Part shown: positions 39,113 to 50,789 of the stretch, piece by piece | Layout of the letters: the number at the start of each line of letters is the position of its first letter | Numbering within the stretch: position 1 is the stretch's first letter | Position numbers and translations under genes: made by a program | NCBI RefSeq assembly: GCF_018977255.1 | Contig: NW_024704743.1 | Span: forward strand, 16,742,001-16,806,000 | From: Callorhinchus milii | Lineage: Eukaryota | Length of the DNA stretch: 64,000 bases | Direction of reading: 5' to 3' | Notes under the pieces: generated by a model | What the model saw: only the letters and a program-made list of their open reading frames with translations | Told to the model about the DNA's origin: nothing | Databases searched by the model: none

Positions 39113-39492
39113 GCGACAACAACAACAACAACAACTTGTACTTATATAGCACCCTCCACACAGGGTAGCATCTCAGAGCGCTTAACAGTGGCAGAGCCTG
39201 ACTCCGAGCCGAGGGAGGGTGGAGGTGGCCGTAAGCACGGTCAAACAGGAAAGTTTTCAGGTGGGACTTGAAAGAGGGGAGAGAGGGGGCAAGGCGGAAG
39301 GATTGAGGGAGAGTGTTCCAGAGTTTTGGGGCGTAGTGATTGAAAGCACAACCTCCGATGGTGGGGCAGAGGGTGCAAGGGATGAGCAAGAGGCTGGTGC
39401 CAGTTGAGCAGAGGCCCCAAGTGGTGGAGTGGGGTGTGAGGAGGCCGGAGTGGTAGGGAGGTGCCAGGAAGTGAATGGATTTGAACACAAAT
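39113..39492 (-). mobile_element. L2 LINE 3' fragment (second subfamily)
   Basis: FKSIHFLAPPY...PTIGGCAFNHYAPKLWNTLP, with an (aac)n tail on the + strand. Confidence 0.9.
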
Positions 39493-39829
39493 GGATTTGT
39501 GCAAATACACAGTTGCTACTCTTAACCTGAATTACATGTGAAGCCCTTTGAAATGTTTTGACTTCAAAGGCAGTATATCAAAAACAAGAATTATAAATAT
39601 AACATTCCCCAAGTAAATTTCTGTATAACTTGTGGAGATATATAAACATTGCAATCCTTTAGAATTATAATTTGATGTAATTGTTATGGGGTTCACATCT
39701 TTCTTATGGCATTACACCAACATCCAGACATCTTTCTGTGAAGTCATCTCTTAGAAATGGAAGTTAACAGTTTCTGACACTTGCTTCCAATCTTAGAGGT
39801 ACCTCCCTACCTTTTTGAATTGCTTTGTC

Positions 39830-40133
39830 CTCACGACCTATGCTTTGCTGGCTCTGGCCTTCTGCTTTTCTCTCTTCCCCTCTGCTCCACCATCAGCGGC
39901 CGCACTTTCAAACACTATGGACGAAAGCTTTAGAACTTTGCCAATCCCTTTGCCTTACCCGCTCCTTCCTCAATTTCAGATCAGATCATGACTGAAGACT
40001 TTCCTCTTCGACTGTACTCACGGATATATCCTCCATCCCCCGGATTGATGTCAGGCTCTGCCATTGTGAAGTGCTCTGAGACGCTGCCTGGTGTGAAGAG
40101 CGCTATATAAATGCAAGTTGTTATTGTTATTGT
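39830..40133 (+). mobile_element. L2 LINE 3' fragment (second subfamily)
   Basis: Homologous to 32300-32752, ending gcgctatataaatgcaagttgtt. Confidence 0.8.
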
Positions 40134-41134
40134 AGAGGTAGGATTACAATACGGTTGACAGAATAGATGATCTTATTTCCTGGGATAGGGTAGTAAAAGT
40201 AATGGGTGGAAAAGTTTAATTTCTAATTTCCATTTAAACAGATTAAATCTCTGAAACACCTAAACTCTGCCTTTCCTCCTGTTACATTCTACCAACAGAA
40301 AGAAAACTGTCCGCTGATCTCCACCGAACACAGTTAACTTTCTAATAGAGGAAGAATGAAGGAGTGAAACTGGTGGCTTTTGAAAATGTTGCCAATTTGT
40401 TACCGTTCCTCTACACCAACCTTTTCTCGGTTCCTGCAACACCTCACCAGCTTCTATTACGAACCCTCAGTCACTGAAGTTGGTACCTCTCTGTGGATGG
40501 TGATTTGGCGATTCCATCTATTGAAATTGAAATTAGTAATTGCATTTTTCCAAACGCCTGTTTCCAATGATAGTTTCCAAACATTGAGGAAAAGCAAATT
40601 GACTCGCTTGATGCTGTATACCAAAGAAACTGGGGATTCTGAAAATTTCTGCTTCTTCTGGGAATTAACAAGGGTGGGAGTAGGCTGGTGATCACCATCT
40701 TAGCAGGAATAAAGAATATGATTTACTGTATGTTCAGAATGCTGTAGCTTTAGCAGAGTATATGGAGAATTTTGTACAGTATTAAGAAATGCACATACAG
40801 TTCAATCATTGTTGCTGCCAATGCATTAGGGATGAAAGGGAGGTTGGCATACACAAGATCATATCCATGGGCACAAATGTTCAGAACAGACTGTCCCATG
40901 TGGGAATCCTGGTATTTCTTATCCTAGGATTAATTTATGGGAATACTGAGCTAATTTCTGAATTCACTACACAGCAGCAGTGAAGGGCAAGGAGAGCGGG
41001 AGCAATCAGATATTAAGCCACTAGAATAATAAAGGAACCAGATACATGGAATAATAATATGAGATGAAATGGTTTGTCTTCACCTTAACCTCTCTTGTGA
41101 TCTAATTGATGCTAACAATGTTTTAGCTTTTGCG

Positions 41135-41435
41135 ATAATCCTTGCATTTGATATAATGCTTTATCATGTCTTCGAGACGTCTCAAAGCGCTTCACATATA
41201 CAGTAAAGTGAATTGGCTGTATATTTGTGGGTGAAATGCAGCAGCCAATTGCTCACAGCAGTGTCCCACAAATAGTCGTGGATTGAAGTGACCAATTTAT
41301 TATTGATTTTTTTTCTTGAGGGATTATTAGCAGGTGTGTGGAGTAGGAAAACTTGCCCAAGGTTTTGCCCTGCTAGGAATCAAACCCAAGTCTCTCGCTT
41401 GTAAGGCGAGGGCTCTAACCACTGAGCTGCAGGAC
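41135..41435 (-). mobile_element. tRNA-Ala SINE (short body, older tail type)
   Basis: Full-length reverse complement. Confidence 0.9.
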
Positions 41436-41749
41436 AAATTCTTACCATCAGTCCTAATTTGGAAGTAAAATGTCTTCTAAATTAAAACTGAATTGAAGAA
41501 TTTTCTATAATTCTTTGCATTGTCAAATTTTAAGACAAGGTGCCTGCAGGCTAAGACTAGATGAAATTTCAGGTCTGTAAACTGAAAATTAGCCTAAATA
41601 TGAATGACCTTGATACAGGAATAGACAGGACTATTTATAAGTTGTCAGATGACACTAAGCTAGGAGGTGTAACTATGAAGAGGACAAGCAAAAAAGCAAA
41701 GAGACATAGGAAGATTAAATGAATGGGCAGAACTGTGGCAGATGGAGTT

Positions 41750-42116
41750 TAATAATAATTCTTGCATTTATATATCGCCTTTTCACATCTTCTGGATGTT
41801 TCAAAATGCTTCACAAAGTATACTGTAAAGTGAATTGACTGTATGTTTTGTGGGCGAAATGCAGGAGCCAATTGCACACAGCAGTGTCCAACAAACAGTC
41901 ATGGATTAAGTGACCAAATTATTATTTTTTTTGAAGAAATTATTACCCCGTAAAAATGATTTGCCATTCGACTAACAACTGGGTTCCTACTTACTGCTAA
42001 GTAAACAGAGGCATGTGGAGTAAGAAAACTTGCCCAATGTTTTGCCTTGCCGGGAATCAAACCCAGGTGCTCTCGCTTCTGAGGTGAGTACTTTAACTAC
42101 TAAGCTATAGGACACC
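41750..42116 (-). mobile_element. tRNA-Ala SINE, long subfamily, inserted in an old CR1 fragment (41640-42200)
   Basis: The flanks read DDTKLGG...[11 protein letters not shown] | KHEMVYFG. Confidence 0.88.
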
Positions 42117-42594
42117 GCATTAACTTTGCGAAGCATGAGATGGTATATTTTGGACAAAATAATAATAGTTTGGAGTATGTTCTAAAGTGGGAAAAAGTGT
42201 ATTGTGCAGAAGTTAGGACTGGTGAATGTCAGTAATTCAGATGGATCAATGTGCTCTAATCAAAGGGGAGCTTAACTTTTTATCAAGATGGTAACGTACA
42301 AAGAATGTATTGAAACTGTTTCTTGTACATTATATAACTGTCCTAAAATCATGCACGATGAACATCAGTGATATACAATTATCCACTTCTAAGCTCTTCT
42401 TTTAGTCATTCATTGCTGGCTGTGCTTCAAAGAAAGATGAAATAGAAGAAATAATTCAGTTATAATTTTTAACAGGAGGATGATATCCTTCAGATAATCC
42501 TTCCTCTCAAATACCTAACGGCACATGACATCAGTTCTTTGAGGTCTGGGGGGAAGGGGTGGGGTGACTCTCTATGTTTTGATTGTGTACTTAT

Positions 42595-43038
42595 GGAGTT
42601 ATGTAGCTCAGTGGTTCGAGCACTTGCCTCGCAAGCGAAAGACCTGGGTTTGATTCCCGGCAGGGCAAAATGTTGGGCAAGTTTCCTTACTCCACACACC
42701 TTTGTTTACCTAGCAGTAAGTAGGAACCCAGTTGTTAGTCAATTGGCGGATCACTTTTCCGGGGTAATAATTCCTTCAACAAAATAATAATAAATTGGTC
42801 ACTTCAATCTATGGCTGTTTGAGGGACAATGCTGTGTGCAATTGGCTGCTGTTGCGATTTGCCCACAAAATATACAGTTAATTCACTTTACAGTGTGTTC
42901 TGTGAAGCGCTTTGGGATGTCCTCCCGACGTGAAAAGCGCTATATCAAATGCAAAGATTATTATTATTCTGTGAAGTGCTTTAAGATGTCTCGATGACGT
43001 GATAAGGAGCTATATCAAATGCAAGGATTATTATTATT
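42595..43038 (+). mobile_element. tRNA-Ala SINE, long subfamily, with two different tails in tandem
   Basis: Tail 1 gggatgtcctcccgacgtgaaaagcgc (42901-42968). Tail 2 aagatgtctcgatgacgtgataaggagc (42969-43038). Confidence 0.92.
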
Positions 43039-43569
43039 TGGCCTGCCATTGAATATAGAACCAGTGGAGATTGAGACAGGGTGATTCAGACTTAACAAGT
43101 TGGGACCACCCATTGGTGTACAGCCTAGCAAGCAGGGAAACACGGGCCATTACCCTGTTCGTCAGGAAGCTCTGAGACTACTGTGAATAGATGGAAATGT
43201 TTACCACCTTAATTATGAGTATGTCATAGGTCAGGAATTCGTGTTTATTTACTGCTTATCAACTTTAGGGAGTTCCTAATACTGACCCTGTCAAGTGCTC
43301 ATAGATCTATAGAGATTCCTGTTTTTGGATACTGAAATCAATTACTCCCCACACCTTCCAAACTTTTCCTCCCAAATACCTAACCTTGCGTGCCATTAGT
43401 TCTTTAAGTTCTGCGGGGGGGTTGGGTGAGGGGTGTGGGGGCGGTCCTCTCTCTATGTTTTGATGAGCGCTTGTTTTGCCATCGAATATAAAAGTAGTGG
43501 CAATTGAGGAAAGGTTATCAAGACAATGGATACTTCCTGTACTCCATTAAGACCTCCTAACAGAACAAG

Positions 43570-43985
43570 TGTCAGCCTAGCTCAGTTGGTAGAACTCTTG
43601 TCTATGAGTTAGAAGGTTATGGGTTCAAACCCCGCATCAAGACTTTGAAATTGTAGACTAGGCTGACACTCCAATACAGTGCTGGGTGAGCATTGTGTTG
43701 TCAGAGGTGTCATTCTTCCAATGACATGAAACCAGCTTACTCAGGTGGACGTTAAAGATCCCATCGCACTATTTGAAAAGAGAACTGAGTTTCTCCCAAT
43801 GTCCTGGCCAACAATCTCCAGATAAAATTAGTCATTCAGTTCATTGCTATTTGTGGGACATTGCAGTGTATATAATTCGCTGCATGTTTGCCTACAAAAA
43901 ATATATAGCCACCATACAATAAATTCTATTAAAATTTTGGATAGCTTCCTGGTGTGAAAGATGCGAGAAGGATTAATATTTTACT
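43570..43985 (+). mobile_element. Old DeuSINE (SacSINE1-like), near full length
   Basis: gtcagcctagctcagttggtagaactct...gaaggttatgggttcaaaccc head, ctcaggtggacgttaaagatcccatcgcactatttgaa core. Confidence 0.85.
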
Positions 43986-44349
43986 TAACCGCATCGTTGT
44001 TAAGCACTCCAAGAGTCTACCCACATGAAAGCCACTGTATAAGTTGTTGTTGTTGTCATTATTTTGAGTACAGCAATCTGTTTTCATCCCTTGGACATCT
44101 TTTCCGTATTAAAATAGTTCTGCGTACATATTTTGATTCCAACTGGTGACTGTCCTTCTTAGGGGTGCAGGAGTTAAGTGGGGTAAACTCTCTAAAACCT
44201 CTCTTTGAGGCTGACGTGACTGTAAGGGAGCATGCCTTGCAATATCACAATCAAGTCATTCCTCTGTGCCATCTGGTTCAAGAACCAGGCAAGTCTGCAG
44301 TACTCAAAGGCATTGTTCACGGTTTGTCAGCAGGACTTGAAGACGCAGA

Positions 44350-44640
44350 ACAACTGCCTGCTCACTGGACTCCCAACCCTCGTTGTTACCTTCAAGGCCT
44401 TCCACGGTCTTGCTCCCCCTTACCTCTTCAACCTCATAAACCCATATCAGCCTGTCTGCTCCCTCCGCTCAGTGGACACCGGTCTGCTCCAGGTCCCCCG
44501 CACTTCCCGTCCCACCATTGGCAGTCAGGCATTCAGCATCTCTGCCCCCGCACTCTGGAACTCTATCCCACAATCCCTCCACCTCATCCCCTCTCTTGCC
44601 TCCTTCAAGTCCCATCTGAAGACCTTCCTCTTCGACCACT
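44350..44640 (+). mobile_element. L2 LINE fragment
   Basis: TFKAFHGLAPPYL...PTIGSQAFS.SAPALWNSIP...SFKSHLKTFLF. Confidence 0.9.
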
Positions 44641-45524
44641 TTTTTTAATCTGAATTTTCTCAGATTATTAAAAAATACACATAAATGAAACGTAAGCATT
44701 TTTTTAATAATTTGAGCAAATTCAGACTTTTTTTAAAAAACTTTTTTTTTTAACCTGAAAGGTTTCCAGAATAAAGTGCTCACAGTTTCAAAATGTGCCC
44801 AAACGTCATTCAAGAATTGTAGCAGATCTTAAAGTGAAATAGCGCATAGTCCTTTTTCTTTGCAGGCTTTTCATTCTGTCATATCTACTCAGAGGATGAA
44901 GCCTTTCACAGGACAGCCAAGCGAAGAGTCCACAGGGGAGGAGGCTGGAGATCAAAGAGTGATGCTGGCCTTTCAGCATGAGGGTTAACTCACAATTCTC
45001 CCTGTCATTATCTCCATCAATGAGGTAATTTTGGAAGAAATACAGTGGAGCCCTGTTATACATAATAAGTTAGACTGGACTGAAATGTCATGTGTAATCA
45101 GATTGATATGTAACAGGGCTCATTAGAGTACTGCTATTTATGTATGAAGTTAGTAACAATTTGTATGTACCGGGACAACAGTGGGAATTAGCTTAGATCC
45201 TCATTCGGCTGTAATTGGGTTTTGAGTTGAAGTACTATGTGAGACTGAGGTTAGGGAAATGTATTTAGAAATTAATTGGAGCCATGTTCCTGAATAAAAT
45301 TGAAAGTAAATCAAAGTGAAAGTAAAATGAGTGCACAAAGATCATTAAGAGAAAGATCAAGGCCTTCAGTGCTGCAGATATTTCATCTGTTAAAAATAGA
45401 AGGTCCAAATTTCCTCCCTGCAGTACATGTATTAAATAGTGATTAGCAACACCATAGATGACAACTATGATACTTAATTGATGCTGAAGTCAATTAAAAT
45501 GGGAAAGGTAGAACTTCAGGGAGC

Positions 45525-45657
45525 AAAGAGCTATTCCTTGCAACCTCAGAGAGCTCAGTTATTCCTGGGAATCTCAAAGATCAGAGCTATTCCTGAGAAC
45601 TTCAGAGAGCTCAGTGCTGTTCCTGGGAACTTTAGAGCGCACAGAACGATTCCATGT
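45525..45657. repeat. Degenerate ~30-bp tandem repeat (~4 units)
   Basis: Recurrent cagagctattcctgggaac.tcagagagct-like unit. Confidence 0.75.
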
Positions 45658-45679
45658 TAGGACTTGATCTCAGTCTACG

Positions 45680-46020
45680 ATGATACTTTAATAAAGTGCT
45701 GAGTGAGCACTGTATTGTCCAAGGTGCCATCCTTTGGATGAAATTTTGAACCAAAGACATGGCAGCTTGTTTCCCAGGTAGATATTAAAGATCTCATGAC
45801 ACTATTCAAAAAGACAAGGGAGTTCTCCTGGTTTCTGGGCAAATAGTCCTCCAAATTAATTGATCATTCACTTCATAGTTGTTTGTCGGACCATGCTGAC
45901 TCAAATGGTTGCCACATTTGCCCGACTGACATTCAGTGCACTTGACAGCGATTACTTGTGAAGCACAGCGAGACATTTCACAGCGATATAACCTCTAACA
46001 GGCACAGAGTTCTTTCATTC
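45680..46020 (+). mobile_element. Old DeuSINE fragment
   Basis: ggtgccatcctttggatga...ggtagatattaaagatctcatgacactattc. Confidence 0.7.
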
Positions 46021-46204
46021 TTAATGACTGATCTTCACCTTTGAGTGGCCTTTGAAGCACATGATATCTTGGCCAGCTCACTTATAACATTACATGAGAT
46101 AAATATCACATACTTTACTTTAAAAGGGAAAACAACCTATTTTAGATTTTACTCGTTTCCTCCGACACTAAGCTCTCTGGCAGTGGATGTGAACCTGCGC
46201 TGCT

Positions 46205-46548
46205 TTGCTGTGAGACTTGCATCTTCCCAGGCCAGGTGAAACCCTAGGCAAGTTTCCTTACTCCACACACCTCTGTTTACCTAGCAGTAAAGTAGGCACC
46301 CAGTTGTTAGTCAATTGACAGATTGTTTCCATGGGTAATAACCCCTTCAAAAAAATAATAATAATAATTTGGTCACTCAATCCACGACTATTTGTGGGAC
46401 ACTGCTGTGCGAAATTGGCTGCCGCGTTTCGCCCACGAAATATACAGTCAATTCACTTTACAGTATATTCTGTGAAGCGGATTGAGACGTCTCAAAGATG
46501 TGATAAGGCGCTGTATCAAATGCAAGGATTATTATTATTATTAATATT
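46205..46548 (+). mobile_element. tRNA-Ala SINE, long subfamily
   Basis: ggcaagtttccttactccacacacctctgtttacctagcagtaa...(ATT)n. Confidence 0.9.
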
Positions 46549-46741
46549 ATCTTAGTTCCTATCATCATTCAACCGTGAACCGGTACATTCTGGGTAATAT
46601 CCCATATCCTCATCCGTGCAGCCATACCCACACCGAGACACCTTTGAAAGTTGTCTAACAAATAAGAGCCCTGCGTGGCCTGCTCATGTTCTGTAAGTGG
46701 ACAGTCAAGTGATGACGTTCACTCCATTTATAAACGTTTGC

Positions 46742-47860
46742 TTTTTTTTGCTTAGCTGGGTGTCTGACACATGTGGAAACCCGTCACCAAGTTTAAGAGT
46801 GTCCAAACCAAGCTGCGAATTCCACGCATCCCACCTACATATGGAAATCCCAGCGATAGATTGTTGGAATGGAATGCGCACTTTCTCCCTGGAGAGCTGC
46901 TTCCTGCTTACCTAATTCCAGAAAGTATGAGGCGCAAGTTGACAAGTACCAAGGCTTGGGATCCCCAGAGTGTTTGTCGGGGTACTGCTGGAGTCTTACC
47001 GGTTAAAAACGCATAGCTTGCTATTGACAGAACTGTCTGGCAAGCTTTCCCACTGGTTGCCCAGCTAGGACTACCCTGCCCATTAGAGCTTTGGCTTGCA
47101 GAGTTAACAGGAGCTGAGTGGGACGAATCCCTGACCCAGTGACTGTTCTGCCCTTCCAAGTCCTGCCAATGACCTAGGTTGGCTGTGTCCTGGAATACTG
47201 TGGTCCTGCCTGGTTCAGGAACCGAACTACCGAGACCGGCACAGAGGGCTGACTCGATTCCAACATTCCATTGTCAGGCATGTCACCTTACAGCCAGTTC
47301 AGCTCCAAAGATACCCCACATAACTCCACTTCAAGGAAGATAGTCATTAGTTGGTTGTTCAACATCCAGCAAGCCTGGGTTTGAGTCCTCACTAGGTGGA
47401 TGGTGGGTACCAAGAGCTCCCTGCAAGCTTCCCGGTGTGTAACAAAGCTCAGCGTAAAATGCGTGAGAGCATTGCCACCATCTTCCTGTCCATATTTTGG
47501 GCACACATCCCTTCCCATTGAGCAATGGTTCCACCAGTTGGAGGTGCGGAGTTTAAACAGCAGTTGCTTACCTCTGCAGGCAAATCAATAATAATCCTTG
47601 CATTTTCAAATCAAGGTGGATTCCAGGCGCTGGATGTACAAACGTGTGTTCACAAACTCGCACTCCAGGAAATGCCTTCCAGTAACTGTCATCCCAAGCC
47701 TCAGAGTTTCCTTATCAGCTATCTGGTGGGCAGCTGTCTTCAGCGTGATGTTCTTTACTGGACAAGTGCTCACATTCCGAAAAGCCCTCTGAGCGAGTTC
47801 TTCTCTGTGAAAGTCGCCATATAAACGTAAGGTGTTTTTGTGCCACATACAACATTTTTG
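46742..47860 (-). mobile_element. RTEX-like non-LTR LINE: ORF2 C-terminus plus ~0.6-0.7 kb 3' region and A-rich end
   Basis: Minus strand reads KNTLRLY...RGKQLLFKLRTS...GRDVCPKYGQED..NALTHFTLS....REA.REL, a decayed CCHC-knuckle-type end. Longest copy of a family seen about 9 times in the window. Confidence 0.55.
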
Positions 47861-48009
47861 GGCCAGGTTTACTGGATGGCTTGTACTGAGTTGCTGGGAT
47901 TATTCTGCCAAATGCAGGCTCTGAGATATGACTGTAGTTTTACAAAAGCCTGATTAAGACAAGGGAGGGAACCACTTGGGTGTGACACGGATTGAATGCA
48001 ATGTTGTAA

Positions 48010-48945
48010 CTGCAGACAGTGCAAAGCACCCTTTCACATTTTATACCTGCATTTGTTACATCTAGGCTTGATCAACATCCTGCTTGTCGGCCTTCCCAAC
48101 TCTTTCCTCCACAAACTGCAGATCATTCTGCAGATCATTCAGAACTCTGCAGTTCATGTCCTCTCCCACTCCCGGCTCCGTGACCATATCACCTCCACCC
48201 TTGCCTGGCTCCACTGGCTCCCCATCCCCCAGAGGATAATCCTCTGAAATCCTCATCCTTGCCTTTGAAGCCCTCCATGGCCTTACTCCTTCTTACCTCT
48301 GTGACCTGCTAACGTCCTATCAACCTGCTCCACAACACCCACCCAGCCTGCCACACCATCAGCAGTCAGGCCTTCAGCCTCTCTGTCCCCACCTTTTGGA
48401 ACACCATCCCACATTTCCTTCGCCTTGTTTCCTCCCTTGCCTCCTTTGGAGTCCTGTAGCTCAGTGGTTAGAGCACTCGCTTTGCAAGCGAGAGACCCGA
48501 GTTCAATTGCAGGCAGGGCGAAACCTTGGGCAAGTTTCCTTACTCCACACGCCTAATAATAATCCCTCCAAAACCAAAAACAATAATAAATTGGTCATTT
48601 TCAATCTACGACTGTTTGTGGGTCATTGCTGTGCGCAATTGTCTGCCGCGTTCGCCCACAAATATACAGTCAATTCACTTCACAGTGTGTTCTGTGAAGC
48701 GCTTTGGGACGTCCTCCCGACGTGAAAAGCGCTATATCAAATGCAAGAATTATTATTATTATTATTATTAAGGTACGTTTCAAGAGCCTAGTCTTCGACC
48801 GTGCCTTTGGCCACCCTCCTACCCTCTCTGCTCTCAATTCCTCCTGATTCCAGTCCCCTGCTCGGGTCCAAATCCTTGACTGTCCAGTGCTTTGGGACAT
48901 TGCCCGATGTGAAAGTTGCTGTACAAATGTAATTTGTTGTTGTGG
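48010..48945 (+). mobile_element. L2 LINE 3' fragment carrying a SINE insertion
   Basis: LQIIQNSA, LHWLPIPQRI. The L2 sequence cttgcctcctt|aagg is split by the SINE at 48448-48770. Confidence 0.9.
48448..48770 (+). mobile_element. Young tRNA-Ala SINE, short subfamily, full length
   Basis: A box, ctcgc-tttgcaa-gcgag anticodon arm, B-box-like gagttcaattgc, and a long (ATT)n tail. Confidence 0.97.
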
Positions 48946-49004
48946 ATGCTTTTTTAATGCGAGCAATAGCTGACAGGGTGTCCAATTGTTCAATGCAATA
49001 ATAG

Positions 49005-49428
49005 TGCCAGCCTGGCTCACTTAGTAGCACTCTCGCCTCTGGGTCAGAAGGTTATGATTTCAAGGCCCAATTGAAAATTCTGAACTCATGGTCCAAGGTT
49101 AGGCTGGGGTATTGCTGCATTGTCAGAGATGCTGTTTTTTGGATGAGATGGTAAACAGAGAATCTCATCTGCCTGATCAGGTGGATGTTAAAGATCCCAT
49201 GGCACTACTTGAGAAGAGAAGGGAGTTTCTCCTTATGTCCTGGTCAACAATCTCCCAAATAAATTGGTCATTTACTTCAAGATTGTTTGTGGGATATTGC
49301 TGTGTGCAAATTGGCCACTGCGTTTCCAATAGTCACTACATTTTTCAGTAAATCCTATGAAGGACTTTGAGATGTCTTGAAGACATAATAAGGCGTTACA
49401 GCAAATGAAAGTTCAGTGTTATTATTAT
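49005..49428 (+). mobile_element. Old DeuSINE (SacSINE1-like), near full length
   Basis: gcctggctcacttagtagcactctcgcctctgggtcagaagg head, caggtggatgttaaagatcccatggcactac core. Confidence 0.88.
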
Positions 49429-49790
49429 AATGTTAAAAATTATACTATATATTAATCAATTCACTTCACAGCTGGAACCAGCATCATTCAGATAAGCAGA
49501 GTTTTCCACATGTTTGTAAGTAAGGATGCCTAGGAGTCTGATTTACTCACGCTCAATCCTGGGGAGAGCTTTGCAGATCTGGTTGCTACTTCCACTGTAC
49601 TAGCTTGCATCCAGTCTCAGTTTAGCTTAGATGGTGAAACTCTCTTATGTTTAAGCCCATCATCTTAAAATGTAAGGTTGTATAGAATTGCATAAAACAG
49701 TGTTAAATCTAGAATACCTTTTGAAATTATTTTTTCACATTTCTCTTTTGGATACTGCAGAAAACCAACCTCTTATATAGTACTGTACAT

Positions 49791-50150
49791 GGAGTCCTGT
49801 AGCATTTTGGTTAGAGCTCTCGCCTCACAAGTGAGAGGACTAGGGTTCGATTCTCGGGCAGTGCGAAACTTTAGGCAAGTTTTCTTACTCTACATGCCTC
49901 TGTTTACCTAGCAGTAAGTAGGAACCAGGTCGTTGATCAATTGGCAAATTGTTTTTCTGGGGGTAATAATCCCTTAAAAAAATCATAATAATTTGATCAC
50001 TCAATCCATGGCTGTTTGTGGGACTTTGCTCTGCGCAACTGGTTGCTGTGTTTTGCCCACAAATATACACTTTACAGTATATTATGTGAAGCGCTTTGAG
50101 ACATCTCAAAGACGTGATAAGGCGCTATATCAAATGGAAGGATTATTATT
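49791..50150 (+). mobile_element. tRNA-Ala SINE, long subfamily
   Basis: Full head through the older tail gagacatctcaaagacgtgataaggcgc. Confidence 0.92.
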
Positions 50151-50446
50151 TGAAAACAATAGACTAAAGCGTAACAACTTGAGAAATTTCGGGTCTCTGA
50201 AGGGCTCATTTCTGATTAGTTTTCAAGTCATTATTTTTTACATTCAATCCTGATGATGCCATCATTATAATAATTTAGCGAATAACTTATTTGAAAAAAG
50301 AATTGTTAGTTTTTGGATGACAGACATTTCTTTGATTTGTCACAGACATTTAGATGAATAACATCTGGTTTGGGACCAGTGAAGTGGGTGCAATGGTCTT
50401 CAGTGGTCCTCTACATCTGTGGAACTGTCCATATACCGAGAGTTGT

Positions 50447-50780
50447 GGAATCCAGCTGTATATTGGTTAGACCATTTGCCTCGCAAACAAGAGGATTCCT
50501 GGGCAGGGCAAAACCTTGGGCAAGTTTCCTTACGCCACTCGCTTCTGTTTACCAAGCAGTAAGTAGGAACCCGGTTGTTAGTCAATTGGTGGTTCATTTT
50601 CCAGGGGTAATAATCCCTTAAAAAAATGTGGTCACTCAATCCATGACTGTTTGTGAGACACTGCTGTGTGCAATTGGCTGCCACATTTCACCTACAAAAT
50701 ATACAGTCAATATACTTTACAGTATATTCTGTGAAGCGCTTTGAGATGTCTTGAAGACGGGATAAAGAGCTATATCAAAT
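50447..50780 (+). mobile_element. tRNA-Ala SINE, long subfamily
   Basis: Same organisation as 49791. Confidence 0.9.
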
Positions 50781-50789
50781 GCAAGGATT

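Noticed and set aside
46771..47016. Conserved small protein family (MWKP..KSIQTKLR.P..PPT.GN) seen in several ORFs
   Set aside because: The similar peptides at 12594, 20644 and 23371 are antisense translations of the same repeat, and the copies frameshift at different places.
48448..48525. tRNA-Ala(TGC) gene
   Set aside because: No proper acceptor stem. The head always continues into the SINE body and tail, in many dispersed copies.
48526..48771. Repeated 'MGKFPYSTRLIIIPPKPK...' ORFs as a multigene family
   Set aside because: These are translations of SINE copies, with non-ATG starts.
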